A stretch of DNA of 45,715 bases from a virus (taxonomy: Duplodnaviria; Caudoviricetes). The notes under the pieces were generated by a model. That model ran no database searches. It saw only the letters and a program-made list of their open reading frames with translations, and was not told where the DNA came from. Shown here piece after piece: positions 34,162 through 43,263 of this stretch. Both the position numbers and the translations under genes were made by a program. The DNA lies in the IMG/VR virus record IMGVR_UViG_3300036987_000023, positions 1-45,715 of that record. The stretch is one strand, 5' to 3'. Position 1 is the stretch's first letter. Every line of letters begins with the position of its first letter.

Positions 34162-37100
34162 ATGCCTGAAATCATCGAAGCAGGATCAATTCAATTAGAT
34201 AAGAAGGCTCCGCAGGTTGTTGATGCCGGTTCTATCCAGTTGGATAAGCCAAACGGGAACGAAGTGTCTTTCCGTCAAGGCAAAGACCCGTCCTTGCTCG
34301 ATAGGGTTCTTTCCACCTTTCAGGACAAAGAAAAAGAAGGTGCTAAAGCCGTTCAAGCATTGGTTGATTCCGAGGCGTTGGGAATATCTCCCGGCGATGC
34401 TTACCGGTATCGTGATCAGATCGACGCAGGCGTGAAGATGAACCCGGCTGCCGTGAGAGCTTCGCGGCGAACGACATTGACCGACAGAGTGCATCAGAGT
34501 TTTGAAATCGGGAAGAAACAGAAGGAAATAGGTTTGCTGGGCGCTGAATATGTAATGACCGGAAATCCTCAATGGCTGGACCAGATGAATAAGGTCGGGA
34601 TGCCGGGCGAAGATGAAACCTTTATTTCAGAGGGGCCGGTTGAGAGTGCAGTCCGGGCAGCGGCGAAAATGCTCCCGATCATGGTCCAGATAGGCAAGGA
34701 ATCGGTTACAGGTGGTTTGCAGGCGGGAATGGTAGCCGGAGGGACGGTTGCCGTTCTGGGGCAGGCTGGGCCGCAAATAATGACGCCAGAGGAAGTGATT
34801 ACGGTTCCGGTTGCTACTGCAATGGGATTTACCGCGGGGGCGACGGCAAAGGCATTTCATGAAGCTCTCAAGATGGAGGCCGGGCTTGCGCTGTCTGAAA
34901 TCATCCGGCTCAAGGATGAACTCGGGAACCCGATCGATCCGGATATTGCAAGGGCAGCGGCTTTTGGTGTCGGTGCGATCAATGCGGGGATAGAAGTCGC
35001 CCAAATCAAGCTGCTTTTGAAAACCATCCCGGGATTGGATAAGCTGCTCAGTAAAGCGGTTCTGGAAGTCGCAACCAGTAAAACCGTAAAAGAGAAACTA
35101 TTGAAAGTGGCCGGTTCTTATGCCGGGACCGTTGCCAAGGAAACCGGGCAGGAAGTCGCTCAGGAATCAACGAATATTGTCTTTGAAGAACTGTCAAAGC
35201 AGTTGAATAACCAAATCAAAGGAACTGATTTTGACGCTACGACGCTGGCCGATGTTGTGGAAAGGCTTTATCAGACCGCAAAGGAATCCGCTCAAGCATT
35301 CTCAGTAATGGCGGCGCCGGGTAATGTTGTTAGGGCAGGCATGGCAGCAAAGAAGCCGGGCGAGAAAAAGCCAAGTGTAAAAGAAGCAACCGAACCCGCA
35401 GCAACGCCAAAGGATCAGATGAAGCAGTCCGGTCCTTTCATTCTGGGCGTGAACGAGGATGCCAACGGGGAAACGACTTCTTTCACGATGGCCGATCCTG
35501 TAACCGGAGAAACCTTTGATGTACCGGCCTTGAAGTCGGAAGAAAAAGAAATCATGACCATTACGCCGGATATGCAGGCGGTGAATGCGAAAGTCAAGGA
35601 ACTTCGGGCAATCGATCAGGAAGACGCGGCGATTGATAAGCTGATTCAGGGCGAAGAGGACATTGAACAGGTATCAAATCAGACGTTCGGGGAAACCGAA
35701 CAGCTTGACGATGTGCCGGACTTTGCGGAAGACGCGAAACCCGAAACAGTGCTTGACCGGGTTAAGCAAATCAATGACCGGATCGGCGAAAAGGGCAGTG
35801 TTGATCTTGCCCCGCTGGTGGACCTTGGACGCTCGATATGGGCGGAAGGCAATCAAACCTTTGAGGCATTCACGGCGAGGGCCAAAGAGCTGCTTTCGGA
35901 CGTTTGGGCGAAGGTTAAAGACCTGATCCGGCAGGCGTGGGACACGCTGAATAATGAACGGGGAAGCATTTCGCTGGGCGATCTTGCTCCGGTATTCAAT
36001 ATCATGAACGATATCAAGAAGCGTGGCGGCTTGAATATCGACATACTTTTGAAGCAATATCCGCAAGAGACAATCAACGAATTAATGAAAAAGCGCCCGG
36101 GCATCGCCACTAAAAAAGGGACACTTCAACTTGATGTGGTTGCTGAAGAATTCGGCATGGGTGACGATGAGCTTCTTAACGAAATGGTGGGCGCTTCCAC
36201 CAAAAAGCAATTGAAAAGCAAGGTATCAACAAAAAAAGAAGTCGATATCACGTCTGATGGCAAATATGACGTTGTAAAAAAAGGTTACATTCCTGCTGAA
36301 TCCGTCAATGCTTACGACCTTGAAAAGGGTGATGCCGTATTAATAAACGGGCAGGCCTATGGAGTTATGGGGCAATCACCTGACGGGAAAAATCTTATAT
36401 TAAGAGCACGGGGGAAATCTGCTGAATTCAAGGAACCTTTTAACGTGTCGATCGATAGGGAAATCAAAGTTGACGGTATTAAAAAAAGAGACATAACCTA
36501 TGAATTTAAAGAGACTTTAGATTTAGCGAGGAAAGCCTATAAGTCCGGAAACACTGTGGAAGTCGAGCGATTAAAGCAAAACTTGAAATGGATGGCAACA
36601 CGCAAAGAATCAATCAGGAATGTCGGAGACTATTTCAAATTAACGGACACTGAGTTATTCTCCATCACCCGCAAAAACCCTTTGCTGATGGATGCCGCCG
36701 AGTTTGCTCAATATCTGAAAGACGTTGAATTGAAAGCCGTTCTTCTGGCCGAAAACAAACAGGCGAAGATTGAATTGATGATGCTGGTGGAATCGAAGCG
36801 GCTGAAGAAAGTTGATAACTACCGGCAGTCGCTTGAACTTCCGACCATCGACAAGATGAGCACGGAGCAATTAAAACAGTTTGCCAAATTGCTTGAACCG
36901 TTTCAGGATGACGACATTTTCCTGACACAACGAGAACTGGAAACCGTTGACCGGACGGACCTGAAGGGAATCAAGACAATCCGCGAGGCTTTGGAACGGC
37001 TGGCAAAAGAAGCCGGGGTGGATGTGGAAGAATTAAACAAGGTCCACGTTGCTGCCCTTGATCAATTCCGGTGGGATTCGTCTCTCCGTGACCGTGACGC

Positions 37101-38742
37101 CTTCTTCGACATACTGGTTACGAGCATGACTGAAGCCAAGCTTGGGGCCGAACTACGGGCGCACAACATAGAAACAGAGGCGTATGAACTGGCAAAGAAG
37201 TCGGAAGGCTCCCGCGACTTGGGTATTGTTGGCCGGCTGATTCCGCAAGATGATCTGATTATGGCCTTTCTTGAGGCTCCGATGGACAGGAAAAACGCCA
37301 TTGCCGAACAGATGACGCCGGAACAAATCAATTATGCACACTTCATGCAACAATACTTTGCTGATGCCCTCAATTATCTGATCGCGACAAAGAGCCTTGA
37401 GCGCGGCCGGGAAAACTACTTTGTCCATATTCGGCGGTCATTCCTTGAAAACCTGAAAGACAACGGGATAATAAAGGCATTCAAGGAAATGTTCAAAACC
37501 TATCAGCAAGATCAAATGGTTTTCAATATCCTTGACGACGACACCGGAAACATTCTTCCGCTGGAAAAGTTCTTCCAATTCAGCCTGCAAAGAACCGATA
37601 CGATGGATCCGACGCGGAATGTCACAAAGGCCTTTTTGACCTACATGCGGACCTTCGAAAAAAAGAAGATGTTTGACGCCATTATCCCGAAACTGGATAT
37701 TTATACGCAGGCCTTGACGCCGACACGTTACACTCCCCGCGGGCTGGAAATTGACCGGTCCCTGAAAACCTTCGTCAATAAGTGGATCAACAACAAGAAG
37801 GGCAGGCGGCTGTCGTTTGATTCTACGCTTCGGCAAGGTGGGCCGATTGACGTAGGGATTCGGGCGCTGCGGACATTCACAACGATGCTGGACCTGGGAC
37901 TTTCTCCGATTGCTCAAGCTGCTGCCGTTTTGGGCGAGCAGGTAACGAACGCCACGATGCTGGGAACGCGGGGCATGGCAAAAGGCACGGCCAGGATGAC
38001 CACGGACAAGGGGAGGCGGATCATTGAAAAGTATAGATCCTTTGTTGGCCGGTCCCTGTGGGAAGAACTTTTGGCGCCGGGAAAAGAAGTCACCGAGCGA
38101 ATAAGCGAAACGCTATTTGCCGGGTTCCATGCGTCATCGGTGTTGGCAAATAAACAGTTTCTTTTGGCCTCAATGAGCGATCAGGAATTTGCCGCTGAAG
38201 AGATTACCCCGGAACGATTGGCCGAAATGCAACTGGACATGGGGCGCTTCCGGGTGGTTCAGGGTACGGGCTCGCTGGTTGGTTCGACTTCCGCAGGTGA
38301 TGCAATCATGCAGTATAAAAAATGGGCGGTCCCACTGGCGCGAACGCTGATCACTGACGGCGAAACACTGATCGGCAATATCAAGGAAGGCAAGCCGCTG
38401 GATGACCGGGCAAAGAAAGAACTGATTCGATTTGCCTACCTGACCGGGGCTGTTTTCATTGTCGGAGCAATGGCAGGCGCCGACGATGACGAAGATAAAA
38501 CATACATCGGGAAAGCAAAGGCGCGGCTGTACCGGGAAGCGATGACATTGACACAGGGCATAAACCCTCTGTTGTTTATTGGGGTTCCCCGGACGTGGAC
38601 ATGGCTGATCGATACCGGCAAGGCATTGAAAGACATGGTTTTGCTGGAAGAATACAAAACGAAAGACGAATTGAAAGGACCGAATGAATTGAAAAAGCAG
38701 TTTGTGCCTGGCGTTGTACGCGGGGCGATTAAGGAGGAATAA
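34162..38742 (+). CDS. Large internal virion (ejection) protein
   Basis: 1526 aa, helical, ETGQEVAQE motif, hydrophobic patches, synteny before the tail fibre. Confidence 0.78.
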   Translation: MPEIIEAGSIQLDKKAPQVVDAGSIQLDKPNGNEVSFRQGKDPSLLDRVLSTFQDKEKEGAKAVQALVDSEALGISPGDAYRYRDQIDAGVKMNPAAVRASRRTTLTDRVHQSFEIGKKQKEIGLLGAEYVMTGNPQWLDQMNKVGMPGEDETFISEGPVESAVRAAAKMLPIMVQIGKESVTGGLQAGMVAGGTVAVLGQAGPQIMTPEEVITVPVATAMGFTAGATAKAFHEALKMEAGLALSEIIRLKDELGNPIDPDIARAAAFGVGAINAGIEVAQIKLLLKTIPGLDKLLSKAVLEVATSKTVKEKLLKVAGSYAGTVAKETGQEVAQESTNIVFEELSKQLNNQIKGTDFDATTLADVVERLYQTAKESAQAFSVMAAPGNVVRAGMAAKKPGEKKPSVKEATEPAATPKDQMKQSGPFILGVNEDANGETTSFTMADPVTGETFDVPALKSEEKEIMTITPDMQAVNAKVKELRAIDQEDAAIDKLIQGEEDIEQVSNQTFGETEQLDDVPDFAEDAKPETVLDRVKQINDRIGEKGSVDLAPLVDLGRSIWAEGNQTFEAFTARAKELLSDVWAKVKDLIRQAWDTLNNERGSISLGDLAPVFNIMNDIKKRGGLNIDILLKQYPQETINELMKKRPGIATKKGTLQLDVVAEEFGMGDDELLNEMVGASTKKQLKSKVSTKKEVDITSDGKYDVVKKGYIPAESVNAYDLEKGDAVLINGQAYGVMGQSPDGKNLILRARGKSAEFKEPFNVSIDREIKVDGIKKRDITYEFKETLDLARKAYKSGNTVEVERLKQNLKWMATRKESIRNVGDYFKLTDTELFSITRKNPLLMDAAEFAQYLKDVELKAVLLAENKQAKIELMMLVESKRLKKVDNYRQSLELPTIDKMSTEQLKQFAKLLEPFQDDDIFLTQRELETVDRTDLKGIKTIREALERLAKEAGVDVEELNKVHVAALDQFRWDSSLRDRDAFFDILVTSMTEAKLGAELRAHNIETEAYELAKKSEGSRDLGIVGRLIPQDDLIMAFLEAPMDRKNAIAEQMTPEQINYAHFMQQYFADALNYLIATKSLERGRENYFVHIRRSFLENLKDNGIIKAFKEMFKTYQQDQMVFNILDDDTGNILPLEKFFQFSLQRTDTMDPTRNVTKAFLTYMRTFEKKKMFDAIIPKLDIYTQALTPTRYTPRGLEIDRSLKTFVNKWINNKKGRRLSFDSTLRQGGPIDVGIRALRTFTTMLDLGLSPIAQAAAVLGEQVTNATMLGTRGMAKGTARMTTDKGRRIIEKYRSFVGRSLWEELLAPGKEVTERISETLFAGFHASSVLANKQFLLASMSDQEFAAEEITPERLAEMQLDMGRFRVVQGTGSLVGSTSAGDAIMQYKKWAVPLARTLITDGETLIGNIKEGKPLDDRAKKELIRFAYLTGAVFIVGAMAGADDDEDKTYIGKAKARLYREAMTLTQGINPLLFIGVPRTWTWLIDTGKALKDMVLLEEYKTKDELKGPNELKKQFVPGVVRGAIKEE

Positions 38743-39534
38743 ATGCCCGTAGCAAACGAAACCAATAGCATCAGTTATGCCGGGGATGGAGTGACCGCCG
38801 AGTTTTACTTTACCGGGTCAAGCGGGTTTGAAATCTTTGAGGACGCTGATCTTTTGGTGATTGTTAAAAGCTCGCTGAATGTCGAGACTATTTTGTCGCT
38901 TAATTCCGATTACACCGTGACCGGCGCCGGGACCAGTTCCGGATATATCACCTTGCTTGATCCGACTGTTTGCCCTTCCGGATCTACGGTGTTTATCATC
39001 GGGAATATCGAGGCAACGCAAAACACGGAGTTTGTGGAAGGATCTGACTTTTCAGCGGCGGCCGTAAACCGCGCTCTTGATAAATTGACGCGGCTGATAA
39101 TTCAAGTTCAAAGGAAAGTTTCCCGGGCCGTTCTTCTTCCGGTGACTACGCCTTACGAAAACTTGACGCTTGCCGAGCCTTCCGTAGGAAAATATCCGCT
39201 CTGGAACGCTGGTCTTACCGGGCTTGAGAACGGCGACGGTAGCCCCGGAGGAACGGAAAACGATTTTATTTATATTTACAGCAAAACCATGACCGGAGAT
39301 GAAACCTTCTCTGCCCCGGGCAATCAACTGATGAGGGCGATTCTGGACGCGAACGGACTTGACCGGACATTTAACCCATTGGGGACCTTTGCGGCTGGCT
39401 TTGTAGTGGAAATATGGAACGTGGGGAATAACGCGATAACATTTGATTCGGCCGGGCTGGATGTTTCTGTGGCCGGCGGGCAGATCGGGCGGTTTATTTA
39501 TGCTGGTTCATGGTTTTTTGGACAATCTATTTAA
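38743..39534 (+). CDS. Short tail fibre anchor protein (T7 gp17 N-terminal-like domain)
   Basis: SYAGDGVTAEF.F...DL.V...L.LNSDYTVTG...RALDKLT.LIIQ; only 263 aa, no signal peptide. Confidence 0.82.
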   Translation: MPVANETNSISYAGDGVTAEFYFTGSSGFEIFEDADLLVIVKSSLNVETILSLNSDYTVTGAGTSSGYITLLDPTVCPSGSTVFIIGNIEATQNTEFVEGSDFSAAAVNRALDKLTRLIIQVQRKVSRAVLLPVTTPYENLTLAEPSVGKYPLWNAGLTGLENGDGSPGGTENDFIYIYSKTMTGDETFSAPGNQLMRAILDANGLDRTFNPLGTFAAGFVVEIWNVGNNAITFDSAGLDVSVAGGQIGRFIYAGSWFFGQSI

Positions 39535-39543
39535 GGAGAATAT

Positions 39544-41496
39544 ATGAAAAGAATATCGTTTATCATCGGCTTGATGCTGCTTTTAACAACACAGGCTTTT
39601 GCGATTGAGTATAAAGCAAATCCGGCTTGCGCTGATCAGGCGGCGACCACGTGCGTGAGATCCATTAAAAACCTTGTTACCGCCATTGGCACGACGAAAA
39701 CCGCGACAATCGTTCTGGATCACACAAGTTCAGGATTAACGACGACATACACACTCGGGCAGGCGCTGGACACATCCACATATACAAATATCACGCTTAA
39801 ACCTGCTTGGGGCGCGAGGCTCAATAGAGGTACCTACGCCTTTAACTGGGGAGGCAAGCTGGACGTTCTGCCCGGGCAGCAATGGTTAGAGGGTACGGGT
39901 GCCGTGACTTTAAGCGGTTCCGTTCCTGTTCTTTATCCTGAATGGTGGGGCGGGAAAGGCGACGCTTCAACGGATAATTACGCAGCGATTCAACAGGCGT
40001 TGAACAACCTGATAGATGGACGAAAGGTCGTCATCAATGACGGAACGTGGAATTTCGGGACGGGTCTTGTCTGGACAGGTTACAGCAACACCACCTTGGA
40101 ATGTAATGGCCTGCTTTCCTACACAGGGGCCACAGGAACAGCCTTGACGATAGGTGGAGCAACCGAATACGGCAATTATAAGGGGAACATTCGTCTTCGT
40201 CATGGGAAGACAACAGCAGCAACGTGGTCGGATGGGGTAGTCGGTGTCAATACGATCAACATCTTTGAGTCCTCGCTGACTTTTGATAATATTGGCAGGT
40301 ACGGTACGGGAACTTATGGCTTTGCTGTTGGCCTCAAGGTGTCAGGCACAAATGCCAACGGAAACGCTTATAACTCATATTATCTCAATCGTTTCGTAAG
40401 CAATCAAATCGGAGTTTTAATTGAGAACAACACAAGCGGATGGGCAACGCAGAATGAATTTTACGGCGGCAGATTTGATAATATAGGGACGCACACCGAC
40501 GCAGAGTGGGCTGCATCGTATCATATCTATGTTACAACTGGAAATAATAACAACACCTTTTACTCTCCGTCCTTTGAGAATGATGACTATTACTGTTGGT
40601 TTTACAACAATAGTTCGGACGTAAGTTTAATCTTTCCGCGACTTGAGGGAAGTCCTGACTATAAAGTAATTAACGATGTGCTTGGATATAAGTTTACGCT
40701 GATGCCGGGATATATGACAGGCGTTCACGCAAACGCGAACAACGAAATTGTTGACCTGAACGGTACGATGAAGTTTGTGGACAGGTATTCTTCTTCGTTT
40801 GGGTACGTCAATAAATTTACGAGCATTGCGGCTGATACGGTAACTGCACTGACTTATAGGCGCGGAGATATTCTGCATAAATACGTCCCTGTTTATGGAA
40901 CGTGGGCTTTAAAAGTATGCACACAAAGCGGGACGTACTCAGATGCTACGGATTCAACAGGCGATACGGACGGCTCAACAGCAGTCATTACAGGACTGAC
41001 AGACACCAGTGATTTCTATTTAGGGCAATACGTTACCGTGTCCGCTGGTTTTCCGTCGGCAACCCTGCCATATCAAATCATTGCCATAACAAGCACAACG
41101 ATAACCTTAGACACGAACTCGAACTCAGCGCAAAGCGATGTAACAGTGGCAACGCCTGATCCTCTATGGATGAATATAGCCAGAACGCAAAGCGATGACA
41201 TGGTTCAATCTGTGACTTACGGCGCAACTGTGACGCCTGATTTATCTTTGGGGCATGTTGTGAGCGTCGGGGTGCTGACAGGTGACGTAAAAATAGAAAA
41301 CCCGACCAAAACCTTCGCCGGGCAAAGGTTTTCGGTTCGTCTGGTAGCTGACGGAACAGGAAGAAACATTACTTATGGAACAAATTTCAAAGCTGCAACA
41401 GCGGCGCTAACGGCGAGCAAGAGAATCATTTTAGATTTTATGGTGGTAGCAACAAATCAAATCGTGCAGATCAATACACCGATTGAGTGTGACTAG
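39544..41496 (+). CDS. Tailspike-like beta-helix protein with signal peptide
   Basis: MKRISFIIGLMLLLTTQAFA; YPEWWGGKGDASTDNYAAIQQALN pectate-lyase-like tailspike motif; Asn/Gly-rich coils. Confidence 0.8.
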   Translation: MKRISFIIGLMLLLTTQAFAIEYKANPACADQAATTCVRSIKNLVTAIGTTKTATIVLDHTSSGLTTTYTLGQALDTSTYTNITLKPAWGARLNRGTYAFNWGGKLDVLPGQQWLEGTGAVTLSGSVPVLYPEWWGGKGDASTDNYAAIQQALNNLIDGRKVVINDGTWNFGTGLVWTGYSNTTLECNGLLSYTGATGTALTIGGATEYGNYKGNIRLRHGKTTAATWSDGVVGVNTINIFESSLTFDNIGRYGTGTYGFAVGLKVSGTNANGNAYNSYYLNRFVSNQIGVLIENNTSGWATQNEFYGGRFDNIGTHTDAEWAASYHIYVTTGNNNNTFYSPSFENDDYYCWFYNNSSDVSLIFPRLEGSPDYKVINDVLGYKFTLMPGYMTGVHANANNEIVDLNGTMKFVDRYSSSFGYVNKFTSIAADTVTALTYRRGDILHKYVPVYGTWALKVCTQSGTYSDATDSTGDTDGSTAVITGLTDTSDFYLGQYVTVSAGFPSATLPYQIIAITSTTITLDTNSNSAQSDVTVATPDPLWMNIARTQSDDMVQSVTYGATVTPDLSLGHVVSVGVLTGDVKIENPTKTFAGQRFSVRLVADGTGRNITYGTNFKAATAALTASKRIILDFMVVATNQIVQINTPIECD

Positions 41497-41505
41497 GAGG
41501 GCAAC

Positions 41506-41964
41506 ATGAAAAGAATAGTTTTAGCGATTAGTTTTGTTTTACTGGCCTGTCAAATTGTGTGGGCGGCGGGGTCTTGTATTCCGACGCAAACGGAGTCTGT
41601 AAATATCAACGGAAAGATCACGCGAAAATACATCGAACTGACATGCACGGGTGATGGATCTATCGCGGCATACAATTTCAGCCCGTCAACTTACGGCGTC
41701 AAAGGGTGGTATCTTTACAGCATCACGACAAATCCAGGGACGGCCGCCCCTACTGCTGATTACGACATTACGCTGATGGTCAACGGGGAAGATATAGCAG
41801 GAGGGCTTTTAGCAGACCGAAGCGCGACGGCAACGCAGACGGTGTTAATCGCTCCGACTACTTTGGGGTATCACATGGCAGGCGATACGATTGCGATTAC
41901 ATTTGCAAACCAGACGGCGAACCCATCGACGATTTCCATCAAGCTTAGATTTAGCGAAAATTAA
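41506..41964 (+). CDS. Signal-peptide beta-rich protein
   Basis: MKRIVLAISFVLLACQIVWA; TNPGTAAPTADYDITL. Confidence 0.8.
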   Translation: MKRIVLAISFVLLACQIVWAAGSCIPTQTESVNINGKITRKYIELTCTGDGSIAAYNFSPSTYGVKGWYLYSITTNPGTAAPTADYDITLMVNGEDIAGGLLADRSATATQTVLIAPTTLGYHMAGDTIAITFANQTANPSTISIKLRFSEN

Positions 41965-41974
41965 GGGGGCAACC

Positions 41975-42664
41975 ATGAAAAAATTTATTTACGCAATCGC
42001 TTTTTTGCTCGTTGCCTCGACCGCGTGGGCGATTCCACCCATGCCCGGCGGGTCCGGTGACATGACAACCGCTGATTATGTTGAGGACGGCGTGATCAAA
42101 GATTCCAAGCTGCCGACGGATTTGATGAAAAAAGCGGCCGGCACGCTGACAACCGGACAGACGACATGCACGGACGCAGAGGGTAAGCTGGTGTCCTGCG
42201 GCGCTCCGGTGACTGGGTTTGTGGATGTTGCCGATAACTCTGTTCTTGCTAAAAGCGGGACTACGGTTGTGGCGGTATCGACACAGAACATCAAGACCAC
42301 AGGTACTATACAAGGCGCAACAAGGGCCGTCCTTGAGAGCACTGCGACTACATATAATATTGACGCTGCTGATGCCTACGGGGTTTTATTCATCAACACG
42401 AACGCGGGAACGAAAACCTTTGTCCTTCCTTCTGCTGTAGCGGGAATGACTGTCTGTGTGAGAAACGGTCAGGGAGTCAATCAGATTTTACGCCTTGATG
42501 CTGCTGCGGATGATTACATCGTCATGTCGACTGGCACAAGAACGAGCGCTGCGTCTGAATACTACGGCGCGACGGCAAGCCCCAAAAATCAGGTCTGTGT
42601 CGTTGCTGCTGACGCGACGGATTGGTATGTCACAGGCGAGGTGGGAACATGGACAGAAGAATAA
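41975..42664 (+). CDS. Signal-peptide protein with fibre-tip-like C-terminus
   Basis: MKKFIYAIAFLLVASTAWA; TFVLPSAVAGM...DWYVTGEVGTW. Start moved from 41891 to the RBS-preceded ATG. Confidence 0.8.
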   Translation: MKKFIYAIAFLLVASTAWAIPPMPGGSGDMTTADYVEDGVIKDSKLPTDLMKKAAGTLTTGQTTCTDAEGKLVSCGAPVTGFVDVADNSVLAKSGTTVVAVSTQNIKTTGTIQGATRAVLESTATTYNIDAADAYGVLFINTNAGTKTFVLPSAVAGMTVCVRNGQGVNQILRLDAAADDYIVMSTGTRTSAASEYYGATASPKNQVCVVAADATDWYVTGEVGTWTEE

Positions 42665-43260
42665 TCCTTTTCCTTACCTGCCTTCTAATTCTCCCGATAA
42701 CTGCATCGGCCAGGATGAACATGCTCGTGTCATGTGCTGGTGGGCAAGGGGCGGCTTGTGTAGAAGGGAACCCGAACAGTCAGACTTCGGAATCAGATTA
42801 CTGGCTTGTAGGTAGCGCAAGTACGAATGTTTATGTCAACTCATCCTATGTGGCTGCGGGAACTGGCACGTACACCGTAAAAACGCTTTATGTCAAATTG
42901 CGGAAGATTGGAACGCCGAATTACACGATGACTTTTGCCTTGTGTACCTCCGACGGTGCTACTCCACCGCAGCCGTCGTCCTGCACGGATATAGGTTCGA
43001 TCAGCACAGGAGATGTATCTGCCGACGCCTACGCCAGTTATAAACTCAGTTATCCAACGGGCTACTCACAGACCAATGGTACGCGGTATCACATCCGTGT
43101 CTCGACAAGCGGATACGGGTCGGGGTCTGATTATATCCGTTGGGCTGGTGATCCAACATTTGCAACGGCTGGCTCTTATGCCTCTTCTGATGGGTCAACG
43201 TGGACGGCAAAAGACGCGACTTTCCAGCACAGCTTTGTTTTAAAGAATTGCGTGGAGTAA
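42649..43260 (+). CDS. Signal-peptide protein, allele B
   Basis: MDRRIILFLTCLLILPITASA; beta-sandwich-like body ending SSDGSTWT...FVL. Confidence 0.85.
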   Translation: MDRRIILFLTCLLILPITASARMNMLVSCAGGQGAACVEGNPNSQTSESDYWLVGSASTNVYVNSSYVAAGTGTYTVKTLYVKLRKIGTPNYTMTFALCTSDGATPPQPSSCTDIGSISTGDVSADAYASYKLSYPTGYSQTNGTRYHIRVSTSGYGSGSDYIRWAGDPTFATAGSYASSDGSTWTAKDATFQHSFVLKNCVE

Positions 43261-43263
43261 CCA

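Larger units (their letters stand above)
1..42649. mobile_element. Podovirus-like dsDNA phage genome, one unit length (42,649 bp with allele A; 42,298 bp with allele B)
   Basis: Terminase, portal, scaffold, capsid, tail tubular A/B, internal virion proteins, lysis and replication genes are all present. Position 1 recurs at 42650 and position 3417 recurs at 45715. Confidence 0.93.
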
